A stretch of 64,000 nucleotides of DNA from Gemmatimonadaceae bacterium. Its GTDB lineage: Bacteria > Gemmatimonadota > Gemmatimonadetes > Gemmatimonadales > Gemmatimonadaceae. Below, piece after piece: positions 8,834 through 19,503 of the stretch. The notes beneath the pieces are model-generated. The model was not told the origin of the DNA. It did no database searches and worked only from the letters and a program-made list of their open reading frames with translations. The position numbers and the translations under genes are program-made. Position 1 is the stretch's first letter. The number at the start of each line of letters is the position of its first letter. The stretch lies in assembly GCA_045803545.1 (NCBI GenBank), contig JBJMOW010000005.1, forward strand, positions 128,001 through 192,000, in the 5' to 3' direction.

Positions 8834-11668
8834 TTAACGGTTCGCTGCTCCGGCGAAGTTCTCAGGATAGAGAGAGATGCGCACGTAGTTATTGGTGCGC
8901 AGGTACTTTATCGCGGCCTGTTTCAGATCGTCTGATGTGAGTGCCGAGATGAGCTTCTCGCCCTCTGGAATGTCAGCGAGGTTCCAGCCGCTCTGATCGA
9001 AAGTCGCGATCTGTGACAGCCAATAATTGTTTTGCTTGAGTGCTACTTCGCGCGCGCGCAAAGCCGCTTCCTTGACCTTGTTCAGGTACTCGGGGGTAGT
9101 GCCAAATTTCTTCACACTATCGATCTGGGAGAGCGCCGCAGCCGTGAGGTCCTCGAGGCGCTCGGGCGCTGACCCGAAGCCGATGGTGAATCGATAGGAG
9201 GGATAAGGGTCGCGTGACGCGCTTGGACTGACGCTCACGCCGTAGGTGCCGCCCATGTTCTCTCGCAGAGTCTCACGCAGCTTGATGTTGAGGAGCTCGC
9301 CGAGCGCACTGAGCTGATAGCGATTCTTTCTCGAGTATTCGAACGGCCCCGTGAACACCAGCGCGGTACGCGCTTTTGGCTCGGTGCCTTTTTTGATGAC
9401 ACGCTGCACAATGCCGGTTGGCGGACGGATTCCGGTGTCACGCCACGTTTCACGACGACCCTTCGATGGCAGCGAGCCGAGCCATTTCGCGACCAGTGGC
9501 TTCAGCGAGTCAGGCTTGAAGTTGCCGACAAAAATAAAAGTGAAGCCATTCGCGTCCGCGAACCGATCCTTGTAGAAGTCGTAGGACTTGAATGGATCGA
9601 TGCGGTCGAGCGTCGCTGCCGAGACCGGAGCTTCGCGCGGAGAATGCTGCGCCATCGTCACCTGCAGTGTGTCGCTGAACGCCGCCTCGGGAGAGGCGCT
9701 GCGATTGGCGAGCACGCCCTTGAAGCGACCGATGAAAGTGTTCACCAGCGCCGTGTCGAGACGCGGCTGAGTGAAGTACAGATAGACGAGCTGCAACATC
9801 GTGTCGACATCACGCAGTGAGGCATTGCCGGAAATCCCTTCGCTGAGATCGTCGATGTTCGGGTAAACGGTTACCTGCTTGCCCGCGAGATACTTTTGCA
9901 AATCGATGACGCTGAATTTGCCGACGCCGCTCGTCGCGGGAATAAGGTCGGCAGCGCTCGCTGCGATGTAGGACGCGTCGGGAAGCAGGGATGCGCCGCC
10001 TGGCGAATATGAAAGGAAGGCGATCTGATCAGCGTTGAAGTCGGTCGGCTTGGCGAGCACTCGGACACCGTTGGAGAGCTTCCACTCCGTGACGCCGATT
10101 TCCTTGATCTGTCGTTCAGAGACGATGGTGCCGGCAACTGGATCCTTCTCCACCAGATTCTGGGATGGAACGCTCTCGGAATAGCCGGAGATATTGGCCC
10201 CCTTAACAGCATCGAACGCGAGCATCAGCTCGCCCGGTGTCGGTTGGGCAACACCTGTCTTGTCGGGTGCTGTGGTAGCCAATACCCGATTCTTCTCAGT
10301 CATCCACTCGCCCGCGAGTTTGTTCACCTCTGCGAGCGTGATGCCTGGCAGCAGTCTCTTAACCGCGGCGAGATCGTAGTCGATGCTCGTCGAGGGCTGC
10401 GACTGCAGGAACGCGGATACATAGGCTGAAGCGTAAACCGTCGAGTTCGTCTTCTCGCGTTCCGCGTACGCTTGTTCGATACCCCGCTCGAAATCCTTTT
10501 TGGCCCGATCTAACTCCGATTGGAGGAATCCATAACGCTTCACTCGTTCGCCCTCGGTGACCAGCGCGTTCAAACCGCGCATGATTCCGTTGTCCGCGAC
10601 GACCGCGCTCAGCGTAAACGACTCTGCGGAGCGAACGAGGTCGCCTTGCGCAGCGTACGCATTGATGAAGGGCGGATTCGGATGCTGGACGATCTCGGAG
10701 AACCGATCGTTGAACATCGAGCCGAACAAGCTCTCTACCAGTTGCTGGCGGTAGGTCGCTTCCGTCGTGTTGTAGCGCTTTGGTTGCTTGTACAAAAGTC
10801 GGATGACTGACTGTGTCGCTTCCTTATCGCTGTTGATGGAAACGAGTGTGCTGTCATACTGCGGAACCGGGTAGAGCGGTCGCGGCTTCGGGTTCATCGC
10901 GGGGGGAATCGCGCCGAGGTAGCGCTTGATCAGCGCTTCGATTGTGTTCTTGTCAAAATCCCCGACCGCGACGACTGCCATTAGATCCGGGCGGTACCAT
11001 GTGTCGTAAAAGCGTCGTAAGGTGGCGGGATCGTAGGTTTCCAGAACGTTCTTGAGCCCAATCGGCAAACGCTCGCCGTAGCGGGAGCCCGTGAACAGAA
11101 CCGGGAACCATGTATTCTGCATCCGGTTCTCAGCTCCCTGACCGAGTCGCCACTCTTCAATCACAACCGGGCGCTCTTTCGCGATCTGAGACGGGTCGAA
11201 CGAAACGTAATGCGCCCAATCGGCGAGTATCTGAATTCCTTTGTCGACGATCGACGCGGTATCAGTCGGCACCGTGATCATGTAGACCGTTTCATCGAAG
11301 CTCGTAAAAGCGTTGATGTCCGGTCCGTATCGCATGCCGACAGATTCGAGGTAACTGGAGACCTGATTCCCAGGGAAATGCGTCGTCCCCCGAAAGGCCA
11401 TGTGCTCGACCATGTGAGCGAGGCCGCGCTGATTCTCATCTTCGAGGACAGATCCGGCGTTGACTACGAGTCGCAGCTCGGCCCGCTTCTCCGGCTTGTG
11501 GTTTTCGCGGATGTAGTAGCGCATGCCATTGCTCAGCGTGCCGACCGTTACGGCTGGATCGAACGGAAGCGGCCCCTGCGAGCTGGACAGCTGCTGGGAA
11601 AGCAGCGGCGATGCGCTCGCCGCGAAAAACAGAATCGCGCCGGCGGCGCGATGAGAAAGTGTCAACAC
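8834..11668 (-). CDS. M16 family (PqqL-like) zinc protease, secreted
   Basis: HxxEH motif (AHMVEHMAF), NAFTSFDETVY, two repeated halves, signal peptide. Confidence 0.93.
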   Translation of the reverse strand: MLTLSHRAAGAILFFAASASPLLSQQLSSSQGPLPFDPAVTVGTLSNGMRYYIRENHKPEKRAELRLVVNAGSVLEDENQRGLAHMVEHMAFRGTTHFPGNQVSSYLESVGMRYGPDINAFTSFDETVYMITVPTDTASIVDKGIQILADWAHYVSFDPSQIAKERPVVIEEWRLGQGAENRMQNTWFPVLFTGSRYGERLPIGLKNVLETYDPATLRRFYDTWYRPDLMAVVAVGDFDKNTIEALIKRYLGAIPPAMNPKPRPLYPVPQYDSTLVSINSDKEATQSVIRLLYKQPKRYNTTEATYRQQLVESLFGSMFNDRFSEIVQHPNPPFINAYAAQGDLVRSAESFTLSAVVADNGIMRGLNALVTEGERVKRYGFLQSELDRAKKDFERGIEQAYAEREKTNSTVYASAYVSAFLQSQPSTSIDYDLAAVKRLLPGITLAEVNKLAGEWMTEKNRVLATTAPDKTGVAQPTPGELMLAFDAVKGANISGYSESVPSQNLVEKDPVAGTIVSERQIKEIGVTEWKLSNGVRVLAKPTDFNADQIAFLSYSPGGASLLPDASYIAASAADLIPATSGVGKFSVIDLQKYLAGKQVTVYPNIDDLSEGISGNASLRDVDTMLQLVYLYFTQPRLDTALVNTFIGRFKGVLANRSASPEAAFSDTLQVTMAQHSPREAPVSAATLDRIDPFKSYDFYKDRFADANGFTFIFVGNFKPDSLKPLVAKWLGSLPSKGRRETWRDTGIRPPTGIVQRVIKKGTEPKARTALVFTGPFEYSRKNRYQLSALGELLNIKLRETLRENMGGTYGVSVSPSASRDPYPSYRFTIGFGSAPERLEDLTAAALSQIDSVKKFGTTPEYLNKVKEAALRAREVALKQNNYWLSQIATFDQSGWNLADIPEGEKLISALTSDDLKQAAIKYLRTNNYVRISLYPENFAGAANR

Positions 11669-11720
11669 TTATCCTTCGTGGTTTTCGGTTACTGCAGCGA
11701 CTTGCCTGGCAGGCGGCAAG

Positions 11721-13769
11721 TCACGCCGCCTCAAACTCGTTCGACTGCGAAATGGCGTCCAGAAATTTCTTGCCGTACCGCTCGAGCTTCATCGGTCCGA
11801 CGCCGCGAACACTACCGAAAGCTGTCAGCGATCGCGGCCGCTTGAGCGCGAGTTCGGCGAGGGTCCGATCAGAGAATACAATATAGGGAGGAACATGTTC
11901 CTCGCGCGCGATCGAGGTGCGAAGAGCTTTGAGCGCGCCCAGCAGGCGTTGCTCTTCGTCGCCCAGCTGGACTTCATCATCGCGAGGCTCCGTTTGCGGA
12001 CGCCTGGGCTTTTTCTGTTTTGATGGCTTGGCCAGCGACCGCTCTTCCAGCGGCGCAGCGGAGATGCCCAGACAGTTATCGCAGCCCGCGCAGGCGCGGC
12101 GAGCGGCCGGGTCGCCGAAATACTCCAGCACGAACCGGCGACGACACTCCTTCGTGTAGGCGTAACGCTGGACCGCCTGCAGTTTCGCCAGCTCAGCGCT
12201 GCGGCGGAGGTCGATGCTTTTCCAGTCGATAGGGAATTTCGATAGTTGCGCTGAGCGATCGGCGAGATAGAGTCCGGCGCCCAACCGCTCCCAGACAAGA
12301 AACTGTTTTGCCTGGAGCGAGTCGAGCAAGGGAACACAAGCCATCGCCCCACCGAGCCCCGGAGGAAGTCCACTCAGGTTGACGACTGCGCCACGGTGCA
12401 ACTGCTCTCCAACGCCACGCCACAGCGCGCGAAGCAAGCCGAGCTCGGGGTTCGCTTCACCTGTCAGCTCCTTCTTGATTCGATCCGGTGTTGCGAGCAA
12501 CCGCACTCTTACTCTGTCCTGCTCGCCGTTGCTCGAGACGACCGCACCGGACTTCGTCAGAATCTTGAGAGCGCCCTCCACTTCGCGTGCGTTCACCTTT
12601 GGCTTGATCGAGCGAGCGAGATCCTCCGCTTGCTCAGCAACGAATCCTTCCCGATCGGAAATCCTGATCAGCGCCTGGTACATCTGCTCGACGACGGTGC
12701 GGTCCGGATAGGAGCCTTTGATAAAGAATTCGTGCGTGAAACGGTCAGGAAAGGAGTGCAGCAGGAAGACGTCGGAGTGGTTCCCATCTCTGCCCGCACG
12801 TCCAGCTTCCTGGTAATACGCTTCCAGCGTCCCGGGCATGGTGTAGTGGATTACGAGGCGCACGTTCGGCTTGTCGATCCCCATTCCGAACGCATTGGTC
12901 GCGACAATGGCGCGGATCCGCTCGGTCATGAACGCTTCCTGCACCTCGTGTCGCCGCGCATCATCCAGACCCGCGTGGTATCCCGCCGCAGGAATGCGCG
13001 CCCGCTCGAGAACGCTGGTGAGCTCATCGACGGCGCGTCGAGTCGAGGCGTAGACCACTGCGAGTCCGTCGTAGCGGCGAAGAATCTCTACCAGCCGACT
13101 CTCTTTTGCCGATTCGTTCTTCGTCGAAATGACGTAGTAGTGAAGATTCGGGCGATCGAATCCAGTGATGATCGTTTCCGGATTCTCCAGACCTAGCTGG
13201 CGCACGATATCGCGGCGCACCTCGGGGGTCGCCGTTGCGGTGAGAGCTACAGTCGTCGGCGATCCCAGTGCTTCTCTGACTTTCCGCACCCGAAGGTAGC
13301 TCGGTCGGAAATCGTGCCCCCACTGGCTGATGCAATGCGCTTCGTCGATTGCGAGCAGCGAAACGCCGGCCTTTCGTAAACGCTCCGCGGTGCGACCGAA
13401 CTCGAACCGCTCTGGCGCCACGTAAAGCAGCTTGATTTCGCCGCGATCGACGCGCGCGAGCCGATCGGAGACCTGGGCTGAGGTGAGCGTGCTATTGATA
13501 AAAGCGGCGGGAAGCCCGCGCGCGGTCAGTGCGTCAACCTGGTCTTTCATCAGGGAAATAAGAGGCGACACCACGACGGTGAGCCCATCTAGTACGAGCG
13601 CGGGGACCTGGAAGCACAAGGATTTGCCACCGCCGGTTGGGAGAACGACGACAGTATGCCGGCCGCTCAGTACTGACGCGACTGCCGTTTCCTGACCGGC
13701 GCGAAAGTCGTCGTAGCCGAATGCGCTCTTGAGCACGCGCCGGGCATCTTTGATCGTCGGAGTTGCCAT
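11721..13769 (-). CDS. recQ: RecQ family ATP-dependent DNA helicase
   Basis: PTGGGKS, DEAHCISQWGHDFRP, QEAGRAGRDG, Zn site CRR..CAGCDNC, C-terminal HRDC domain. Confidence 0.95.
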   Translation of the reverse strand: MATPTIKDARRVLKSAFGYDDFRAGQETAVASVLSGRHTVVVLPTGGGKSLCFQVPALVLDGLTVVVSPLISLMKDQVDALTARGLPAAFINSTLTSAQVSDRLARVDRGEIKLLYVAPERFEFGRTAERLRKAGVSLLAIDEAHCISQWGHDFRPSYLRVRKVREALGSPTTVALTATATPEVRRDIVRQLGLENPETIITGFDRPNLHYYVISTKNESAKESRLVEILRRYDGLAVVYASTRRAVDELTSVLERARIPAAGYHAGLDDARRHEVQEAFMTERIRAIVATNAFGMGIDKPNVRLVIHYTMPGTLEAYYQEAGRAGRDGNHSDVFLLHSFPDRFTHEFFIKGSYPDRTVVEQMYQALIRISDREGFVAEQAEDLARSIKPKVNAREVEGALKILTKSGAVVSSNGEQDRVRVRLLATPDRIKKELTGEANPELGLLRALWRGVGEQLHRGAVVNLSGLPPGLGGAMACVPLLDSLQAKQFLVWERLGAGLYLADRSAQLSKFPIDWKSIDLRRSAELAKLQAVQRYAYTKECRRRFVLEYFGDPAARRACAGCDNCLGISAAPLEERSLAKPSKQKKPRRPQTEPRDDEVQLGDEEQRLLGALKALRTSIAREEHVPPYIVFSDRTLAELALKRPRSLTAFGSVRGVGPMKLERYGKKFLDAISQSNEFEAA

Positions 13770-13854
13770 CGATCTAAAGCTAGCGGACTTCGAATGGACG
13801 ACGGCACTCTTTAACGCCAGTGTAATTCTTGGCTCGCACCAATGTGCGAATTCG

Positions 13855-14793
13855 TTAAAGCCCGCGGATCAGGTCGGCGTAAACCGCTGGATCGGCGTTA
13901 CCGCCGCTAATCACACAGCAGACGCGCTTCCGCTCAAAGCGGTCCGGCTTCGCCAGAATTGCCCCAATAGAAAGGGCACCCGTCGGTTCGGATTTGAGAT
14001 TTGCCAAAGAGAACAACAGTCGCACGCCTTCCCTGATCTGGTCTTCGCTGACCTCGATCACGCTGTCGAGACCACGTTGCAAGATTTCCCAGTTTCGGTC
14101 TCCGATGCGCAACACTCGCGCGCCATCAGCAAGCGTGTTCGACTCCTCCGGCAGCGCGACGATGTGCCCCGCCCTTAATGACTGTGCAGCATCGTTGGAA
14201 AGCAGCGGCTCCGCGGCGATCACCTTGGTCTTTTTTCGGCTCTTTTTAACCGCATTGACGATTCCCGATGTAAGCCCGCCTCCCCCGATAGGGGCGATTA
14301 TGAAATCCAGGTCGAGTCCGAGGGCGAACAGCTCGTTGCCGAGGGACGCGTTCCCGTCGATCACGAGATCGTCGTCATACGGGCTGGCGATGTACGCATC
14401 AGGAAATTCAGCCGCAAGCTCGCGGACGCGATCGAGACGTCCCTTCTTCTTTACGTCAACGAGATCGACTTCGCCCCCGTACTCCTTCACCGCGTTGACT
14501 TTCACCTTCGGCGCCCCCGAAGGCATCACTACCGTGGATCGCTTACCGAAAAGCGAGCAGGCGAAAGCAATCGCCTGGCCGAAGTTCCCCGACGAGGCGG
14601 TGATGATGTGCGATTGCTTCACGTTCAGTGCGACGTTGTAGGCCGCGCGGAATTTGAAGCTGCCAGTGTACTGCAGCGTTTCGCTGGCGATGACGATGTC
14701 GACACCGAGTTTCTTCGACAGCCGTGGTGCATCGACAATCGTGGTGGGCCGCGGTGGCGTCGGGTGCGCCGCCGAGCGAACGGCCGCTGTCAT
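13855..14793 (-). CDS. PLP-dependent threonine/serine dehydratase family protein (no ACT domain)
   Basis: TGSFKFR (PLP Lys), SSGNFG, PIGGGGL, ISGGN. ATG at 14793 in an ATGA overlap. Confidence 0.88.
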   Translation of the reverse strand: MTAAVRSAAHPTPPRPTTIVDAPRLSKKLGVDIVIASETLQYTGSFKFRAAYNVALNVKQSHIITASSGNFGQAIAFACSLFGKRSTVVMPSGAPKVKVNAVKEYGGEVDLVDVKKKGRLDRVRELAAEFPDAYIASPYDDDLVIDGNASLGNELFALGLDLDFIIAPIGGGGLTSGIVNAVKKSRKKTKVIAAEPLLSNDAAQSLRAGHIVALPEESNTLADGARVLRIGDRNWEILQRGLDSVIEVSEDQIREGVRLLFSLANLKSEPTGALSIGAILAKPDRFERKRVCCVISGGNADPAVYADLIRGL

Positions 14794-14960
14794 GGCTGAC
14801 CGCGCGGCTTGCGCCGCTTGAAGAACCGAAGCACCAGTGCGATGAACAAAAAGAGAATGCCGGCCCAACGGAGCGCGCTGTCGTCAGTGCGAATCCCCCA
14901 TGCCAGCAGGACTGCGGCGATCAGCATCAGCGCGAGCTTGGCGATTGTGAACGGACTCAC
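14790..14960 (-). CDS. 56-aa two-TM membrane protein (not in the ORF track)
   Basis: GTG at 14960 gives MSPFTIAKLALMLIAAVLLAWGIRTDDSALRWAGILFLFIALVLRFFKRRKPRGQP. 4-nt overlaps with both neighbours. Confidence 0.75.
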   Translation of the reverse strand: MSPFTIAKLALMLIAAVLLAWGIRTDDSALRWAGILFLFIALVLRFFKRRKPRGQP

Positions 14961-15724
14961 TGCGTATCCTTCTTACGAGTTGTGAATTTTTTCACACCGT
15001 CGCGAAACTCTCCGGTCGCTCGCGCATCAGCGTTGGCAACGATACCGGCGGTGATGCCGTCGAGGAAGCTTTGCGAGTCCATCTTGTAAAAGAGGGCCTT
15101 GGTGGCGCCCATCGCGCTCGCCGGCGTCTGGGCGAGCTGCTTCAGGACGCCCGCCGACCGGACATCGAACTCGAGTGCCGGAAAGACCCGTGACACCAGA
15201 CCAAGCTGCTTCGCCTCATCCGCGCTGAGGACGCGACCCGTTGCGACCAGATCGAACGCCTGCTTCTCGCCGACGCAGCGGCGCAGCATCGTCATCACCA
15301 TTGCGGGGACGAAGCCGATCGACACCTCGGGATACGCAAACCGCGCTTCGTCGCTCGCGAGCACGATGTCGCATGCCGTCGCCAGTCCGGCGCCACCCGC
15401 GTAGGCGCGTCCACGAACGAGGGCCACCACCGGCTTTTCCATTCGACGAATGGTGTGAAAGACGTGGCCGAGCGCTTGAGCATCCTCGAGATGTGCCTGG
15501 CGCGGTGCGTCGAGCATTGCTTCCAGCGCCGCCAAATCGGCGCCGGCGCAGAAGTCGGTACCCTCAGCATCGATTGCGACTACGGTGACCGCGGCGTTGT
15601 TGAGAAAAAACAGAGCCTCGGCGAGCTCGTCGGCGGTTTCGCGATTCAGCGCGTTCTTCTTTTCCGGACGGGCTAGGGTAATGCGGCCGACCTGGCCTTC
15701 TGTCGTGACGCGAACGTTATTCAA
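14957..15724 (-). CDS. Enoyl-CoA hydratase/isomerase (methylglutaconyl-CoA hydratase-like)
   Basis: FCAGADL, GRAYAGGAGLATACD (first Glu absent), PEVSIG. Confidence 0.88.
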   Translation of the reverse strand: MNNVRVTTEGQVGRITLARPEKKNALNRETADELAEALFFLNNAAVTVVAIDAEGTDFCAGADLAALEAMLDAPRQAHLEDAQALGHVFHTIRRMEKPVVALVRGRAYAGGAGLATACDIVLASDEARFAYPEVSIGFVPAMVMTMLRRCVGEKQAFDLVATGRVLSADEAKQLGLVSRVFPALEFDVRSAGVLKQLAQTPASAMGATKALFYKMDSQSFLDGITAGIVANADARATGEFRDGVKKFTTRKKDTQ

Positions 15725-16074
15725 CGTGCCTCCGGCAATCCGAGCTCATTTGCCTGACGATCCGGCACATCGAGGACCATTCGCAGCAAAGCGGTCGAGT
15801 AGACCTTGCCCTGAGCGTCGGTCTTGAGCGACAGAGTTCCTCCGCCGTCGAGCGCGCCGTGGAGCAAAAAGTTCAGCGCGTTCAGATTGGGAAGCTCGTA
15901 CCGCTGAACGGGCCCGTCGATCATTCCATGAAAGTGCTGAGTAACCCGCTCGGTGGTGACGGCCTGCACGAGAAGGTCGTACCAGCGCGGCTCGATCGCG
16001 ATCAGGCCGACGTTGGCAGTGTCGCCCTTGTCACCGGAGCGCGCGTGCGCGATGTCGACGAGATGAACCTTCAC
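15721..16074 (-). CDS. AtuA-related small protein (AtuA C-terminal-like)
   Basis: [15 protein letters not shown]...LDGGG...DAQGK. Confidence 0.85.
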   Translation of the reverse strand: MKVHLVDIAHARSGDKGDTANVGLIAIEPRWYDLLVQAVTTERVTQHFHGMIDGPVQRYELPNLNALNFLLHGALDGGGTLSLKTDAQGKVYSTALLRMVLDVPDRQANELGLPEAR

Positions 16075-17429
16075 TGGATGATTTGCACTGAAGGTTTGAC
16101 AACGGATTTATCGATCAGCGCCGGCCAATAGGCCACTATCTCTTCGACCTTCGGTCTGCCACCAGCGAACCCAGTGACGCTCGGCGGGCCATTGAGCACG
16201 AGCGGTGCAATCTCCCGGGTGAAACGTTCGACCGCCGCTTTCTCGCCGCGTACACCGAAGCGCAGCTGAACTTCGGGAGCGGTGTGCTGATCGCCGGCGA
16301 GCGGACCATGCGTAGCATTTGCCCCGACGAATTCGGTAAGGATCCGCTCGAACCGCAAACCGAGGCGGTCGAGTCGCTCGCGCAGGATCTTGTCAGCGCG
16401 CTGTGCCTTTTCCAACGCCTCCGGCCAGGCGTAGACGAGAGTGCCGACTGCCTTGAATCCGGCACGATAGGCGATCGAGACTTTGAGCTTATCGGTGGGT
16501 GGCCTGCCTTTGATCCCGGACACCCGGACGCGATCCTTCCCGTCGTCCGTCAATTGGATGGTCGTGAAATCGGCGATGACGTCCGGCGTAATGTACGAGT
16601 GCGGGTCGCCCATCTCGTAAACGAGTTGCTCCGTCACCGTGCGCACGGACACACGGCCTCCCGTGTTTGGATGCTTGGTGACTACGAAGCTGCCGCCCGC
16701 GCTGGCCTCGACAAGCGGGTATCCGACGTTGGCGAGGTCGGGAATCGATTGCCAGTCGTAAAGACAGTTTCCGCCGGAGCATTGAGCCCCGCATTCGATG
16801 ATATGCCCGGCAACGATCCCGGCCGCGAGCTGGTCCCACGACCTCGCCTCCCAGCCGAACTCGTGGCGAATCGGTGCCATTGTCAGCGCGGTATCGGTCG
16901 AGCGGCCCGTGATCACCACGTTCGCACCCTTCGCGAGCGACTCGACAATCGGCTCCGAGCCGATGTAGGCGTTGGCCGAGAGCACACGGTCGCGCACGGC
17001 TGTAAGGGCCTCGCCGGTGTCCATGTTTGCCAACGAATGCCCCTGCGCAATCAGCTCGTCCAGCCTCGAGAGCAGATCGTCGCCGGTAACGACGCCGATA
17101 CGAACTTTTTCCTTCGCCCCCACTTTCTCCGCAACCGCTTTCACAGCTGCCGCACACGCGGGTGGATTGACTCCTCCCGCATTGGCGATCACCTTGACGC
17201 CACGACCGGTGACTGCCGGCATTACACTTTCCATCGCTCCGACGAAATCTCTGGCGTAACCGAGCGATGGATCTCGCTCCTTCTGCTTTTGCAGAATGGA
17301 CATGGTGACTTCGGCCAGATAGTCGAGCATCAAATAATCGAGCTGACCACCCTCCACTTGCCTGCGTGGCGCGTCGATATCGTCGCCCCAGAAACCCTGA
17401 CCAGCCCCGACGCGGACGATCCTGGTCAA
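16071..17429 (-). CDS. Acyclic terpene utilization AtuA family protein
   Basis: [52 protein letters not shown]. Confidence 0.9.
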   Translation of the reverse strand: MTRIVRVGAGQGFWGDDIDAPRRQVEGGQLDYLMLDYLAEVTMSILQKQKERDPSLGYARDFVGAMESVMPAVTGRGVKVIANAGGVNPPACAAAVKAVAEKVGAKEKVRIGVVTGDDLLSRLDELIAQGHSLANMDTGEALTAVRDRVLSANAYIGSEPIVESLAKGANVVITGRSTDTALTMAPIRHEFGWEARSWDQLAAGIVAGHIIECGAQCSGGNCLYDWQSIPDLANVGYPLVEASAGGSFVVTKHPNTGGRVSVRTVTEQLVYEMGDPHSYITPDVIADFTTIQLTDDGKDRVRVSGIKGRPPTDKLKVSIAYRAGFKAVGTLVYAWPEALEKAQRADKILRERLDRLGLRFERILTEFVGANATHGPLAGDQHTAPEVQLRFGVRGEKAAVERFTREIAPLVLNGPPSVTGFAGGRPKVEEIVAYWPALIDKSVVKPSVQIIQ

Positions 17430-19048
17430 CTGCCCTCCTCCCCGAGATGCGGTGGAAGGACGAAAGGTCCAAGGTGTGGACCAGGATTATGCAGGGCGGC
17501 GCGCAAGACGAGGCTCAACATCTCGCGGGTATTCTCGGGGTAGACGATCGCATCGACGAATCCGCGCGCGGCAGCGTAGCGGGCGTCGAGCTGGTGCTCG
17601 TAATCGGAGCGCATTTCGTCGACCGCCCTGGCTGTTTCCGGATCGGGCTTGCGGCCTTTCTTCTTTGCCGTCTCGAGTGCGGGCCCGTGCACCGCCTGGA
17701 TTGCGGATTCACCTTCCATCACCGCCATCCTTCCAGTCGGCCAGCTCAGAATGAAATCGGGATCGAAGCCCTGCCCCGCCATCGCGTAGTAACCCGCGCC
17801 GGATGCGTGATTGACCGTCAACACGACCTTGGGAACGCGCGCAGTCGCCATTGCCTCGACGAAGCGCGCACCGGCGCGGATGATTCCCTCTTGTTCCGCT
17901 TCAGTCCCGACCATGAACCCCGACACGTCCTGGACGAACACCAGCGGAATCCCGAGGCGGTCGCAGCGGTCGATGAAAAACGCGACCTTCTCCGCGCTCT
18001 CTGTATAGATGATTCCCCCGAACCGAGGCTTCTCCCCCTGCCGTCCCTTGATCAGCCCGCGTTGGTTCGCGATCACGCCGACCGTAATTCCATCGATGCG
18101 CGCGTCTCCGCAAAGCATCTCGCGGGCAAGCTCCGCCTGGAATTCGTCGACCCTCCCATCGTCGACGATCGCGCGGAGGACGTCGTACATGTCGTACGAC
18201 ATCCGATGGTCACCGGGTAACACCTCGTACAGGCTTTCCGCTGGAGCACCGGCGCTGGATGACCTCGGCATCAGCGCGACATCGCGTGATGTGACCGGCA
18301 GCCGCTCTATGAAATCTCTGATCTTCGCAAGACATTCCTGGTCGTTGTCCACTTTGTAGTGGGCGACACCGCTGATCTCCGTATGCGTCGATGCCCCGCC
18401 TAACGTCTCAGCATCCACAACTTGCCCGGTCGCGCCTTTCACCAGATTGGGGCCGCCGAGCCCCATGAACGAAGTACCCTTCACCATCAGGATCACGTCG
18501 GAAAGCGCGGGTAGATAAGCTCCGCCCGCGACGCATTGCCCCATCACCGCGGCGATCTGAGGAATGCGCAAATAGCGCCGCATGATCGAGTTGTAGTAGA
18601 AAATTCGCGCAGCACCGTACTGTCCTGGAAAAACTCCGCCCTGGTACGGGAGGTTCACGCCGGCGGAATCGACGAGGTAGACGATCGGGATCCGACAACG
18701 CATCGCGATCTCCTGCGCGCGCAGAATCTTCTTGATCGTCTCCGGCCACCACGATCCGGCTTTGACGGTCGCATCATTGGCGACAACGACGGTTTCGCGA
18801 CCGTGCACTCTGATCACCGCCGTGACGACGCCGGCGGCAGGCGCCTGACCATCGTACTGATCGTAGGCGACGAGCATGCCGACCTCCAGCATGCTGGAGT
18901 CAGGATCGCGCAGCAAGTCGACGCGTTCGCGCGCCGAGAGCTTTCCCTGCTGGTGAAGTTTTTCGATCCGCTTCGCCCCGCCGGCCTCGCGAAGCTTGCT
19001 TTCGAGCGCTCTTACTTCATCGCTCAGCTCGCGCAGGCGATTACTCAC
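17426..19048 (-). CDS. Acyl-CoA carboxylase carboxyltransferase (beta) subunit, MCC-beta-like
   Basis: [47 protein letters not shown]. Confidence 0.92.
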   Translation of the reverse strand: MSNRLRELSDEVRALESKLREAGGAKRIEKLHQQGKLSARERVDLLRDPDSSMLEVGMLVAYDQYDGQAPAAGVVTAVIRVHGRETVVVANDATVKAGSWWPETIKKILRAQEIAMRCRIPIVYLVDSAGVNLPYQGGVFPGQYGAARIFYYNSIMRRYLRIPQIAAVMGQCVAGGAYLPALSDVILMVKGTSFMGLGGPNLVKGATGQVVDAETLGGASTHTEISGVAHYKVDNDQECLAKIRDFIERLPVTSRDVALMPRSSSAGAPAESLYEVLPGDHRMSYDMYDVLRAIVDDGRVDEFQAELAREMLCGDARIDGITVGVIANQRGLIKGRQGEKPRFGGIIYTESAEKVAFFIDRCDRLGIPLVFVQDVSGFMVGTEAEQEGIIRAGARFVEAMATARVPKVVLTVNHASGAGYYAMAGQGFDPDFILSWPTGRMAVMEGESAIQAVHGPALETAKKKGRKPDPETARAVDEMRSDYEHQLDARYAAARGFVDAIVYPENTREMLSLVLRAALHNPGPHLGPFVLPPHLGEEGS

Positions 19049-19458
19049 TACGCTTCCTGCTTTTCTCGCGCGGCAAACCAGTCCTTGATGTACGCGACGA
19101 GCTCCGACGTCGGTGTTCCGGGTCCGAACAGTCTTCCGATGCCTCGCTTCTCCAGCGCTTCGACATCTTCCTTCGGGATGATCCCGCCACCGGTGATGAG
19201 GATGTCGTCACGGCCATTCTCGCGGAGGAGATCATGGACCCTTGGAATGAGTGTCATGTGGGCCCCGCTCAGAATCGACAGCCCGACGACGTCAGCGTCT
19301 TCCTGAATTGCGGCGGTGGCGATCATCTCCGGTGTTTGGTGGAGTCCGGTGTAGATGACCTCCATTCCCGCATCGCGCAGCGCTGCAGCGACGACCTTGG
19401 CTCCCCGATCGTGCCCATCGAGGCCCGGCTTGGCGACAAGAACTCGAATTGGTCTCAT
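19048..19458 (-). CDS. Cobalamin-binding small subunit of acyl-CoA mutase (IcmB/MCM C-terminal-like)
   Basis: [12 protein letters not shown] (DxHxxG), [14 protein letters not shown]. Confidence 0.95.
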   Translation of the reverse strand: MRPIRVLVAKPGLDGHDRGAKVVAAALRDAGMEVIYTGLHQTPEMIATAAIQEDADVVGLSILSGAHMTLIPRVHDLLRENGRDDILITGGGIIPKEDVEALEKRGIGRLFGPGTPTSELVAYIKDWFAAREKQEA

Positions 19459-19503
19459 AGAGTGTTTCAAAAGTTAGCGGCTGAAATGCGCGAGCGGCAC
19501 GGG

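Noticed and set aside
16284..17543. Long antisense ORFs (419 aa here; also 51598-52686, 6089-6805, 32301-33260)
   Set aside because: They lie opposite well-supported genes and have no motifs; such shadow ORFs are expected in high-GC DNA.
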